Shown here piece by piece: positions 1 to 11,705 of a DNA stretch of 64,000 nt (its first letter is position 1; every line of letters begins with the position of its first letter). Location of the stretch: assembly GCA_963514005.1 (NCBI GenBank), contig OY740827.1:2418001-2482000 (forward strand). Direction: 5' to 3'. The DNA comes from Raja brachyura (lineage: Eukaryota). Under the pieces are notes generated by a model that was not told the origin of the DNA, did no database searches, and was given only the letters and a program-made list of their open reading frames with translations. The position numbers and the translations under genes are program-made.

Positions 1-937
1 TAATATCATATTCATATAATAGTATTTTAAACATAGACAGAGGCACTTAGAGAAGAGTTGAAACGAGAATTAATGATACAAATTACGATGGAAACATGGG
101 AAAAGTATTTGATATATATACACAAATGTTCGATTAATGTAAGACATAATTTAATTCAATTAAAACATTTACATAGATTATATTATTCAAAAACTAGATT
201 GAATACATTCTATCCACATACTTCCCCCAAATATGATTAATGTCTATCCCAAAATGCAACTATAACACACTCTTTTGTCTCCTGCATAAAGCTTTATCAA
301 TTCTGGAGTGATATTTTTGAAATATTTACAAAATTATTCAAGATATAAATGGAACCTAATACTGAAATGATTATATTTGGAGTAATGGAAGATGAGATTA
401 AATTGAACTATTCTAAAAAAATATTTTTAAATTATGGGTTAATAACAGCAAAAAAAACTTTTGGAAAAGTACATCCATACCAACGCTTAACATGTGGATT
501 TCAAACATGTTGGACACCGCACATCTTGAGGAAATGCGATTCCTCCTAATAGATAAATCAGACCAATACTTAACGAATTGGTCTCCATTTGTCGATTTTT
601 TGGAAGCATATGGTGCAACATAATCGTGGAAGCTAGAAGTTTCAGGATTGGGTGAGGGATGGACAAGAATATAGATAACAATCTCCTTAATCTCTTACTG
701 TCTACTCTTTCTCCTTGCTTCATTTCAATTTTCTTCTTTCACACTTTTTTCCTTTTCGCACACTATATATCACACGTTTCTCCATCTTTTATTAGCTATT
801 TTCTCTTGTTCTTTTTCATTATTAAGAAAAAAAGAAGCTGAACATAAAATGTAACATGTCAACATATATTAGGCACTTTGGTGCCATATTCCTGTACTTA
901 CTTCTAATTAAAAAAATTTAAAAAGAAAAAAAAGAAA
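1..937 (+). mobile_element. L1-clade LINE 3' end (degenerate ORF2 C-terminus, 3' UTR, A-rich tail)
   Basis: Translation ...KCSINVRHNLIQLKHLHRLYYSK...HSFVSCIKLYQFWSDIF... matches the Cys/His-rich C-terminus of fish L1 ORF2. A pyrimidine-rich UTR follows, then an A-rich tail at about 909-937. Confidence 0.8.
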
Positions 938-967
938 CATCTTCTATCTATTCTGTATTCTATTCTT

Positions 968-1490
968 TCTATACTATTACTAAAACTCTCATCTTGTCCT
1001 CTTCCGGTTTGCTTTTTTTTTTAAATGTGTGCAAAACCTGTACAGTATATCGCTAGGACTTTTTCGCCACCGTACTCATCGTTCTCCTCTGCTGCAAGCG
1101 CACCTGGTTTTTTTTCGATCGGTGAAATATTAGAAAAGTTATGAAGGTTTAAAGAATCGTGAGATTACCAGATTGGTTTTCTCGCCTGTCGGTCAGTCAC
1201 CATGAAGGTAACGCCCCTTACGGCAACCGCGGAGAATTAAGTTCCGAAGGCGGGGTTGAGTCCGTGAGCAGTGTGCGGGCGAGAGGGCAGGGAGCCGAGA
1301 TCCGAGAGCTGTGAGCCGAGGGCCGGGAGCCGAATGCGGGCTGCTTCTGCAACGACCAGCACAACGAGCCGGGAGCTCCGAACATGAACCGGAAACCTCT
1401 GAGTGAAGTCGGCGTGGGACCGACAGCTGCTGCGTGAGGAACAAAGCTGAAGATGCGGGGTGAGCACAGTGCGAGATGCGTCTGCTGCGA
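968..1490 (+). mobile_element. Possible non-autonomous Helitron 5' part
   Basis: Begins TCTATACTATTACTAAAACTCTC, resembling Helitron 5' ends. A CTAG-terminated candidate 3' end lies at about 15686-15689. Confidence 0.35.
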
Positions 1491-1895
1491 ACGACACCCC
1501 CTTCCCACACACACCCTTCCCCCTCCACACCAATACCCTTACAAACCCCCTTCCCCCAAACCCCCTTCCCCCACACCCCCCTTCCCCCACACCCCCCTTC
1601 CCCCACTCTATTCACCCACCCCCTTCCCCAACTCCCTTACCCCCACACCCATACACCCACACATCCTCCACAACCCCATTCCCCACCCCCCTTCCCCACA
1701 ACCTTCCCTTACCCCTTCCCCCAACCACCCCCCAATTTTCCCCAACCCCCATCCACCACACCCGCCCATCCTCCCCCACACAACCCCTCCCACACCGCCC
1801 CCTTCCCCCACATCCCACCTACCCAACACACCCCTCCTTCCCACATCCCCCACCACATCTACCCCCACCACCCCTTCCCCCACAGCCATCCATGC
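1490..1895. repeat. C-rich low-complexity tract
   Basis: Runs of CCCCTTCCCC/CACACCC produce spurious Pro-rich and Gly-rich ORFs. Confidence 0.9.
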
Positions 1896-1899
1896 CCTC

Positions 1900-2296
1900 T
1901 GTGTTCTTTATCCAGTGATAATGTTTCTTTACTTAATGGAAGTGTTTATCCCTAAGTGCTATGTGTTGAATCTATGTTGTGTGCTATTGTATGATTGGGC
2001 TCTGGTGCTGCCATTCCATGTACTTTGCAGCCTTTATCGGTAATTGGCTTGTTGGGGTTGCCTCCCCCAAGTATGTTTGCGACTTTAGTTTGGAAGGGTG
2101 CAAAGGGGAAGGTAGCATATTGATGTGTGCCGATCGTCTTTGGTCTGTTCTATTTGGGCAAGGCTGTGTGGGCTCCAGTAGGTAGCAAGGAGGATCGGTC
2201 CTGCGGTATTGTGTACAATAATAGACAATTGTGCTCGTATTCAGTGTTTGACTGAACCAGACCAGTGGGGTAAGTTTAGATCCGGAGTTAACATCA
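1900..2296 (+). mobile_element. Probable ERV (class I) 5' LTR
   Basis: Ends ...GACCAGTGGGGTAAGTTTAGATCCGGAGTTAACA, followed by a degenerate PBS-like sequence (CAGGTGCTCGTGCGGGAT) and a retroviral leader. The left boundary is approximate. Confidence 0.5.
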
Positions 2297-2852
2297 GGTG
2301 CTCGTGCGGGATCTCTACGCATTGCCAACACATGTGTGCGGTCAACGGATTCGAGTCGCGTCGGATCGCGGAGGGTAAAATCGGCGCCCGGTGTGACATT
2401 TCCCACCGGTTTTCCCCGCTCCGCTAATCTGACGACGAATTGGTCATTCGCTTGCTTGTGCTTGGATTCCCGACCAGATCGATCGAAGGGTCGTAGTCTG
2501 GCGAGCATTGAGTTCGAGGGTTTGAGGCCCTAGCGGGTTAAAGTCCCTGCCTATATGGGTTCGAGTCCCAGGGGGTGAGGGTCGGGCTCACAAGGTTCGT
2601 CCCTATCGGGTTAAAGTCCCCACCCCTGGGAAGTCAACAGTTGTTGCGATCAGGACTATTGGAGTTTTTCCAATTGTCGACCTGCAGCATGCCTGCTCAT
2701 TACCTCTGCACCGAAACAGCCAGTATTTATTTGCCTTTACTTCAGGGGACAACGATATACGTGGATAAGACTACCTCGTGGATTTATTAATTCGCCTACT
2801 TTGTTTTCTCGATGTCGATGACAGTTAAGCACCTTAAGCTTTAAAAATAAAT
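2297..2852 (+). mobile_element. ERV leader fused directly to RT (gag/pro deleted)
   Basis: Leader with repeated GGGTT(A/C)(A/G)AGTCCC motifs, then RT motifs IVDLQHA..SLPLHRNSQYLFAFT(fs)RGQRYTWIRLPRGFINSPTLF from about 2665. Confidence 0.8.
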
Positions 2853-3437
2853 AGTAAGATTAAACGAGAACTTACCTGTTCGAAGTTTGATCTTTATTTT
2901 GTGAGGAGTTACGATGAGGGATTACGTGAAGAAGCCCCGCCTGGCGCTTGATCGGCATAGTTCAAAGCAGCGGCATGAAAAACACAGAACCAATAGCCGG
3001 AGTAAGATAGTAAGGCTCAACATAGACTAGAACTACCAGATGATCATTTACATTATGAGGGTTGGGAGTGGAGGGCACGTAATCCCTCATCGTAACTCCT
3101 CACAAAATAAAGATCAAACTTCGAACAGGTAAGTTTTCGTTTAATCTTACTATTTTACTTCGGAGTCAAGTGAGTGACTACGTGAAGATTTTAAAGCTCT
3201 GTGTTTTTTATGCCGTAGATTCATTCCATACGACTCTCTGTTTAGTCAAAACAGTAGTGAGTAAATAGTATTTTAAGACATTGTTACAATTTATGTAATA
3301 AATCCTTTAAAAAAGAACAATTTTTAAAATAATAACCTCTCTATCGTAGGGGAAAATTACAAAAGAAAAATGATAAATGATGTCAATGGTAACATAAATC
3401 GATAATATAAATCGATAATATAAAACAAAGCAAGCAT

Positions 3438-4409
3438 TTAAAGAGAACCCAGTACTGCGTGTCCAAATCTTGGCACCGTGGCAACACGTTTATTGTAGAA
3501 CTTTGAAAACGTTACTTCTCTACACCACCCTGCGGCCTCTAAAAATTTGATTGAGTGGTACGTCCTGTACCTTCGCCGCAAACGTAGCTGCCACCCTAGT
3601 GGAGTGAGATTTAAACACATCAGTGTCTATTCCTGCTAGACTCAAAACCTGTTTTAACCATCTAGAAATGGTTTGAACTGAAATTTTGTATGTGGTTTTT
3701 TGTGCGTTATCAATAATGCTTCCTCAGAACCTCTGAGATTTTTGGTTACCTCAATGTATTGAGTTAAATGCTTAACTACACACAATGTTTCATCGCTAGG
3801 ATATGCTTTAAACATTACCTTAGCTCCAGTTCTCCCTGGTCTGCTTTGTTTGATCAGGTCATAAACATAAAACACAATGTTATCTGCAGTCACATGCATG
3901 CAATCCAACCGTAACAATAGCAAAGTTTGTACTCTTTGAGCTGATACCAATGCCATTAACATAACCACCTTGAATGTTAATTTCTGCAAAGACATTGAAG
4001 TAATTGGAGTCCACTGCTTAAGCAAAGTGAGAACAATGCTAACATCCCAAATTTCTGTATATCTGGGCTTGGGAGGATTTTTATTAAAAATTCCTTTCAT
4101 GAATCCAGATACTAATGGGTGAGACCCAACTGAATCCCGATCAGAAATTTGTCCTAAGTAGGACGACAATGCACTACGAGCACAATTAATGGCACTATAA
4201 CTCAAATGCTCATCAAAATGTAACCCAGCAAGGAACTCCAATACATTTGAAATGTTTGCAGTATAAGATATCTTTGACTGTGTACAAAAAGCTTCACATT
4301 TCCTTATATGTGACATATATTGTTTTTTAGTGCTATTCCTCCAAGCTGCATCTATAACATCCACAGTCCTGTCCAACAGTTCAAACTCTTGCAATGGTCT
4401 GGTCAGAAC
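3438..4409 (-). pseudogene. DIRS tyrosine recombinase (frameshifted), copy A
   Basis: ORF 3654-4394 (AWRNSTKKQY...YSAINCARSALS...AQRVQTL...LIKQSRPG) plus a broken C-terminus with the HST and AGW/FY motifs. Confidence 0.9.
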
Positions 4410-5479
4410 CTGCAGATTAACAAATTCATATGATCATGCAATGGATGAATTTATTTTATTACTGGTTGTGTCAACAGATTGTCGCAACTGGGAATCGTCA
4501 TACATGGTTCAATCATCATTTTTAGCATCAATGGGAACCATGACTGTGTAGGCCAATTTGACACCACCAAAATGCCTTTGGCAGCGTCTTGCGCTATTTT
4601 CTTGAGACATTGCCCAATCAGAGAGAATGAGAGAAAAACATAAAAGAATGTTTTACCCCAGTGTAGCGAGAAAGCATCCACCGCTACTGCCCCTGGATCG
4701 TGTTCCCAAGACACGTATTTGGGCAATTGGCGATTCAATCTAGATGCAAACAGATCAATGTCCGGCACTCCATACCGACTGACTATATTTTTGAAATTTT
4801 TGGATTAACATCCATTCTGTATTGTCTTCAAATATTTGTGATCTTTTGTCTGCCACAACATTGTCTCTCCCTGGGAGATAAATAGCTGACAGCCAAATAT
4901 TTTTACCAATACACCATTGCCACATCGGATTTACCAGTTGATCACATGATATTGATATTACACCACCCATGTGATTGATATAAGCCAAAGCTGTGGTATT
5001 GTCTATTTGAATTTGGACATGCAAATCCTTTAAAGTAGAACAATAAGCTTTTAATCCATAAAATGCTCCCAGTAGCTCCAAATAATTAATACCATATGTT
5101 TGGAGCAATAAATCCTCTTGGACAGTCCATCTGCCCCCACATCTGGTTTGCAAAAACACTACTGGCTGCTGAACTAAAATGTTCTTAGCAGCTTGTGGAA
5201 CATTCTCAATCCACCAATGCAATTCTGACAAGGCTTCCTTTGGCAATTGCATAGGCCTATCAAAATGGCCTGCTCGCTGTAAAAGCGCTTGAGTTTTTGC
5301 CCTTTGAAGATTTTGGTAATGTAGTGGACCAAATTCTACTGCTGGAAATGCTGCTACCAATTTCCCAATAATCTTAGCAACTTCTCGGATGGAGGGATAA
5401 GGTTTGTTAATCAGGCTCTGACACAAATTTGTCAAATCAATCACCTTTTCCATTGGTAAAGTTACCAACATGGTAACTG

Positions 5480-6607
5480 TTCGGAGTCGCGGCGCTGCTT
5501 GTCAGCTGTGGCTCACCTGCAGTCCGTCTGTCTTTTATTTTATTTTTGTCCTCGTCCCTGTTTTTGGTGTTTATTTTTGGTTTGTCGGGTTGTGTATGTA
5601 TGTGGGGGGGGGGGGAGGGGGGGAGAAACGGGGTTTTAGTCTCTCCCTTCGGGGGGATGCGACTTTTCCTGTCGTGTCCCCCGACATCGTCTCCGTCTGT
5701 GCTGAGGCCCTGGTGAGGGCCTTCCAGCTTCCGGCGGCGGCGGCACGGCCTTCAGAGCTTCAGCGGCGACCTGGCTTCCGGCGGCGGCCTGGGCTTCGGG
5801 AGCTGCGGTGCTCCAGCGGCGGCCTGGGCTTCGGGAGCTGCGGTGCTCCAGCGGCGGCCTGGGCTTCGGGAGCTGCAGTGCTCCAGCGGCGGCCTGGCCC
5901 CCTCTGAGCTGCGGTGCTCCAGCGGCGGCCTGGGCTTTGGGAGCTGCGGTGCTCCAGCGGCGGCTTGGGTGTCGGGAGCTGCGGTGCTCCAGCGACGGCC
6001 TGGGTGTCGGGAGCTGCGGTGCTCCAGCGGCGGCCTGGGTGTCGGGAGCTGCGGTGCTCCAGCGGCGGCCTGGGTGTCGGGAGCTGCGGTGCTCCAACGG
6101 CGGCTTGGGTGTCGGGAGCTGCGGTGCTCCAGCGGCGGCCTGGGTTTCGGCAGCTGCGGTGCTCCAGCGGCGGCCTGGCTTTCGGGAGCTGCGGTGCTCC
6201 AGCGGCGGCCTGGATTTCGGCAGCTGCGGTGCTCCAGCGGCGGCCTGGCTTTCGGGAGCTGCGGTGCTCCAGCGGCGGCCTGGCTTTCGGGAGCTGCGGT
6301 GCTCCAGCGATGTTCCGGCGGCGGGCCCTGTGGCGGTGTTCCGGCGTTCCGGCGTTAGCGGCGGCCTGGATCCCCTCAGCGCAGAGGGAGAATAAGGAGG
6401 GGAGAAAAGACTGAGATCCTAAGACTTTTGCCTTCCACCACAGTGAGGAGGTGTTTGGTGCGCTCACTGTGGTGGATGTTAGTTTTGTGTTTATTGTGTG
6501 GTATTGTATTGTTGTTTTTTATATATGTATGACTGCAGGCACGAAATTTCGTTCAAACCGAAAGGTCTGAATGACAATAAAGGTATTCAATTCAATTCAA
6601 TTCAATC
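5480..6607 (+). mobile_element. Non-autonomous retroelement (SINE-like) with Rex1-type 3' tail and internal minisatellite
   Basis: Absent from the paralogous DIRS copy C. Flanked by AACTG (5475-5479, 6608-6612). The 3' end AAATTTCGTTCA...TGAATGACAATAAAG(TTCAA)n matches the tail of the Rex1 at 48930-49000. Confidence 0.75.
5780..6310. repeat. 35-bp GC-rich minisatellite (about 15 units)
   Basis: Unit GGGAGCTGCGGTGCTCCAGCGGCGGCCTGGGCTTC with period 35 (5798, 5833, ...). Confidence 0.95.
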
Positions 6608-7459
6608 AACTGAATTAATCACAAATCCCAGATATTCAATGGTTTGGGATGGCTGTAACTTAGATTTTGTTGGATGAATCAGGAACCCCAGCTTTTCAAA
6701 CAAGCTTGTAGTTGCTGAGACTGATTTTTCAGCTGACTCCTGATTAGCATTGACAATTAAAATGTCATCTAGATGAGCCATAACGATGTGTTTTTGTGCC
6801 CTTAGCAGTGCAAGTGCTGGCTTCAACAATTTAGTGAACAATCTAGATGCTGAGCTTAATCCATTATGTAATGCTTTGTATTGCCACAGCTGTCCCATCC
6901 ATTTAACTTTAAATACCTGCGAAAGCGCTGATGAATTGGACCTGAATAATATGCATCTTCAAATCTATTGTAGCCATATAACAACCTGTTGATACCAGCT
7001 GCATTGCAGTGTTGAATGTGTCCATTTTAAAATGTTTATACTGGACAAATGTATTCAATTGTGTGAGATCTAAAATGATTCTACAACCCCCATTTCTTTA
7101 GTCTGGGAAAAATATTTGACACAAATTGTTGTGGATCCTCTCTTATTTTCTCAATAACTCCTTTCTCACACAAATTCTTAACCTCTTTGTCAATTTGAAT
7201 TTTTTCAAGAACAGAAAACATCAAAGAATGATTAGGCTAATTCTGTCCCGATGGTTCCATACCTTCTACAAAATCAATGGTAGATCCTAAAACAGTATCT
7301 AATAGAACACAATCAGATGTTATACTATTCACTATAAAACATTCGGAGTCTACCACAAAACTGAGGTTCATCCAACATTTCTTCTTTAATAGGATAAAGT
7401 TTTTGTACCTCTCCAACCAGACGAAGTGATCTCCTTCTCCCAATAATGGATGTACATTC

Positions 7460-8640
7460 GGCTGTGCTGGCTGGTAATTTTTCCTTATCATACTCCTGCC
7501 TCAGCTTGTTCCAGCTCCAAAATCAAATCCCCTTCTCATTTGACCAGCCCTTCTCTGGCCAACATTGAAGGGTTTCATAAGGCCAATAGTTTTTGCCTCT
7601 TCATCAATGTCTTTAATTTGTTTAGACAGATTTTCTCCGAACAAATAACCAAGAGCTTCAACATTGGTTGCCCTGCACAACCCTGCAAATCTTGGATGTA
7701 AAAGAGGTCGGATGGCAATCTTCCTCATATAATTTATCTCAAAAAATGAGAGGCAGAATAAAACCAACATATGGTTCTGAACTTTGGTCATTCCACAACC
7801 TTCCAGCTTGTCTTCCAAAAGACAGTGATGCCAGCCGAAATTAGCTTGAGGATTCTTTGAATCGTAATTCCTGCGCCCGCATCATTGATGACATTGGCAC
7901 CCAAATAGCCGGATTCACCATAGGTACCTTCAGTGAGGTACAATTAGTAGGTGTTTTAATCCAAATATGCTGTCTCAACCATAACAGCTTCTTGAGGCAG
8001 GTCAGAGACCATATAATTAATATTGGCCGCCAGGTTTCCTTCCATGGCCTCACCGCCTCCTCCAGGTATAGCAAACTTTGTGCCACATCAGACACACCTG
8101 GATCAACATATTTGTATTGTGGTGGGTACTTCTGACCGCAAACACCACTTTCAGGGTCAGTCTCCTACAGCCCTGGTACTCCTGAAACTTGTTCAAGGAG
8201 ACTTCCTCCAGCCCAATCCCGGGCACTGGAGTTTCAATTCCCAATTCAAACTGGCACCATATTCATGATATGGAACCCCCTCAGGGCTGCCTGCGAATAT
8301 TCTGGGTTCTTAGACCCTTGGTTGATTATTGTTTGGAGTATTTTCTCCATTTGATCCATTCTGAGCCATAAGGCTTTCCTTTCAGGACATTTCGAATTCA
8401 TCAGAAACCTCAGGCCTTTCAAGCTTTTCTTTTACATTTTTAGGCACTGGGTTTTCCTCCAAAGTTTTTGTTTGTGGAGCAACCGAAGCCTCACTAACGG
8501 GTATTTCAACGGCCACCGGTATCGGAACCCGCTCCGCAATAATCTGCTGTCCCGACTCTTCTACAGCCCGGGACGCACGTTTTACCCGCGATTTAAAAAA
8601 ATATATATATTTTAATTGAACTCCACCTGGTTTACCCACC
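7460..8640 (-). pseudogene. DIRS gag-like ORF (fragmented), copy A
   Basis: TPTNCTSLKVPMVNPAIW and HPRFAGLC...LFGENLSKQIKDIDEE are homologous to the gag of the intact copy at 39095-40300. Confidence 0.85.
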
Positions 8641-8823
8641 AGCCTACGGAGTTTTAGAAAACGCCCTGGAAGTAAAATAATTTTACTTACCTGCGGGCCG
8701 TTTCCCTACCACTGTGTTGGAGCTGCGCTCTGCAGCTCTTCCTCTACCGATAGCGTCGACGTAATGCCGATCTAGCGCCAGGCGGGGCTTCTTCACCTAG
8801 TCACTCACGTGACTCCGAAGTAA

Positions 8824-10200
8824 AATCAACTTTGGTTCAATACGTGGACGACTTGTTGGTGGTTAGTTTAGATGAGCAGAGCAACCGTGAGGATGCTACC
8901 CAATTATTGAACCCCTTGGCAACATTAGGAAATGTGGTCTCTCTGTCCAAAGTATTAATGGCTCAACAAAAATTATAATTCCTGGCAGTGATAATTTCAG
9001 CCACAAAAAGAAGTCTGCAGAATAATAGAACTGAACCAATTTGTGAATTTCCTGCACGAAAAGAAACAAAGTAGACGAGACACTGGCTCGGCATTGTGAA
9101 CTTCTGCTGATCATAGATCCATGATATTGCGCTAGACACCAAAGACATGACTCCTTATACTAGCCTAGAGAGCGAATTTCAGTTGTCCGAAGAAGCTCAT
9201 TAAGCTGTCGAGAATTTAAAGAGACCTCTAATGCAGCCTCCAGCACAAGGAAGGTCACTCTATGACAGACCCATCCTACTTTACTGTACCATGCTTTCCG
9301 AATGTTCAACTGCTGTCCTCAACCAAAAAACATAGGAATAAGGACAGACGAGTGGCTTATTATTCTTCCAAACTTGACGCAGAAGCGAGAGAATACCCAA
9401 TATGCACACAGATCTTAACAGCAATCTATAATAGTTTACAGTCTGCTGCAAATCTGTCTTTACATCAAGAGATAGTAGTATTCAGTTCCTTTTCAGTGGC
9501 AGCCTTGTTAGGACAACGACAAACTCAGCATCTGACAATGACTCGTGTAAACAAATATCTGTCTACTGAATAATCCAAACTCCAGTTCAGATACTATAAA
9601 ATGATTAATCCGGTATCTTTCTTCATTTCACCACTGGAGGAACAGTCAGAATCAGGACGTTACTTTATATTTGTAATACAGGAAGAGATATCTGTGAGGG
9701 AAGATCTGAAGGATGCTCCTATAGCAGACCCTGATCTGACATTATACGTAGGTGGGGGTGCATCTAATAGGCCCCAGGGAGAGAAGCTTTATGGATACGC
9801 TATTGTAGACCAGGATGGGAACAGTGTAGAAGCAGCTTCCAGCGAGTCACCCTTTTCATCCCAACAGACTGAGTTGATCGCTTTCATCAGAGCATGTATT
9901 ATCGGAAGAAGTGCTGAAATTAAACATATACACAGATTCTGACTGCATTTGGGGTAGTACACGATATTGGCTAACTATGGAGGAATCGAGTATTCCTGAC
10001 CACGGCAGGAACTCAAATATCTCACAAGTAATTGGTAACTGATTTCTTACAGGTTCTCAACTGCCCAAGCAAATTTCGGTCATGAGATGTAGTGCTCACA
10101 CAAAGGGCCAGACCCCGATTGACATGGGGAAATATTGTGCTGACCAAGCAGCTAATGGGGTATCCTGGGAACGCATGGAGGTAATGCCAAAGATGATGGG
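8824..10200 (+). pseudogene. ERV pol (RT C-terminal, tether, RNase H), degenerate; class I/epsilon-like
   Basis: STLVQYVDDLLVV, VAYYSSKLD, DLKDAPIADPDLTLYV, SSQQTELIA, AFGVVHD.G.LW..R.FLT..G, CSAHTKG...ADQAA. Continues the RT frame from 2852 once DIRS A is removed. Confidence 0.9.
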
Positions 10201-10268
10201 GCAGATAATGTAATGTATTGGGTATTCTCTCGCTTCTGGGTCAAGTTTGGAAGAATAATAAGAATGAT

Positions 10269-10720
10269 AATCTTATCCACGTATATCGTTGTCCCCTGAA
10301 GTAACGGCAAATACATACTGGCTGTTTCGGTGCCTATGTAATGAGCAGAAGGCATGCTGCAGGTCCACAATGGAAATCTCCAATAGTCCCGATCACAACA
10401 GATGTTGACTTCCTGGGGTGGGGACTTTAACCCGATAGGGCCAAACCTCGTGAGCCCGACCCTCACCCCCGGGACTCGAACCCACATAGGCAGGGACTTT
10501 AACCCTCTAGGGCCTCAAACCCTCGAACTCAGTGCTCGCCAGTCTACGAACCTTCGATCAATCTGGTCAGGAATCCAAGCATAAGCAAGCGAATGACCGA
10601 TTCATCATCAGATTAGCGGAGCGGGGAAAACCGATGCGGAAAGTCACACCAGGCGCCGATTTTACCTTCCACGATCCGACACGACTCGATTCCTTTGATC
10701 GCAAACTTGTGTTAATGTAG
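10269..10720 (-). mobile_element. Second, inverted copy of the ERV leader-RT fusion fragment
   Basis: Reverse complement aligns to about 2325-2770, including the same leader/RT junction. Confidence 0.9.
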
Positions 10721-10747
10721 CAAGTCTCCCTCGAAAAAGCCAATGTG

Positions 10748-11700
10748 ACTTCCGGTGGCGCCATGATATCTTAACAGACGCTGCACATCGCTCCACTCCC
10801 TAAAATTCGCGTTTTTTCACGTTAAAACCGGGTCTACAGGTCGGGACCAATTAAAAAATCTTATCGGAGCCTCTGCTCGACTTGCTGATAACATCATCAG
10901 TAACAGCTGTGAATTTAACAGAGGCTTAAACCACTTTAAATGAAAACTTCTTCTCTGGGTAAGAGCACTCAGAGGACAGTTACAAAAACTCTCCAGGGGA
11001 AGCCAGCCAAAGCCTGCAGATTTATTTTGAAGCAGCTTCCGAAGGAAAGGTGCTTTTCGATATGGCTACAAGATTAAAAGCAGATTTGGCCAAGGACAAA
11101 GAATTTGAAGAATTAAAGCTTTCAGTAAGTGAACTGAAAGATGTAAAGGTGGATGGAAAAAAGATGGAACACATGATGGGAGTGATGATGGAAAAGATAG
11201 AAAAGCTAACGCTAAATATGACTTCTTGTAATCAGAATGTTATTGAGTCTGTGAAGGATTGGATTGGCACTATTAATAAACGGATTGACGATGAGAGAGA
11301 TGAACTATCGGAGAGAATTGATAAGGGTGAAGAAGACACCACAAAGAGGTTCGGCGCTGTGCTGGACACTGTATCAACCTGTATGTTAACAATGCACGAG
11401 ATGGAGGATGAGAAGGCAAGAATGGTGGAGGAGATGAAGAAGGTGAGGTCAGAACAAGACTTTGCTACACGACAGATGGCGACTCAGCTGGCTAAAGTTT
11501 CAGACAAATGTCTGGACCTCAAGGCTCGTTCAAGACATCGTAACCTAAGATTAGTTGGTGTACCAGAGGGAGCCGAGAGAGATAACACTTGCTAGTTCGT
11601 TGCGGGATTAATTAAAGAGGCTCTTAAGCTCCCTAAACTACCAAAAATTGAAGGAGCACACCGGGTTCCTGGATACACAAATCTCAGGATGGCTCAGAAC
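10748..11700 (+). mobile_element. L1-clade LINE 5' end with ORF1 (3'-truncated)
   Basis: Starts GACTTCCGGTGGCGCCATG. Coiled-coil ORF (11050-11595) leads into CLDLKARSRHRNLRLVGVPEGAE and, after a stop, IEGAHRV, which are Transposase_22/L1 ORF1 motifs. Confidence 0.85.
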
Positions 11701-11705
11701 GTACA

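Larger units (their letters stand above)
4410..7450 (-). pseudogene. DIRS RT/RNaseH/methyltransferase-like ORF (fragmented, interrupted by a SINE), copy A
   Basis: HLDD RT motif (ORF 6602-6898), INYLELL/DNTTA RNaseH motifs (ORF 4755-5471) and DLFAS...DAFSLHW MT-like region (ORF 4451-4768). Confidence 0.9.
2850..8826 (-). mobile_element. DIRS1-type retrotransposon copy A (decayed; ITRs and ICR intact)
   Basis: Right end with extension at about 2850-2960, ICR at about 3077-3190, left end at 8764-8826. Contains remnants of YR, MT, RNaseH, RT and gag. Inserted into the ERV RT. Confidence 0.95.

Noticed and set aside
1193-2043. Pro-rich and Gly-rich ORFs
   Set aside because: Low-complexity C-rich DNA with no splice or domain support.
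1979-2533. Cys-rich ORFs as a possible env or fusion protein
   Set aside because: Position (upstream of the PBS-like site and leader) and short broken frames fit LTR/leader sequence; no TM-subunit motifs.
2530-2625. GGTTCGAGTCC as a tRNA gene
   Set aside because: No cloverleaf or A-box; it is one of three similar leader repeats.
5780-6310. CRISPR-like array or long ORFs in the 35-bp repeat
   Set aside because: Units are head-to-tail with no unique spacers, and there are no cas genes. ORFs in all frames are a by-product of a stop-free GC repeat.
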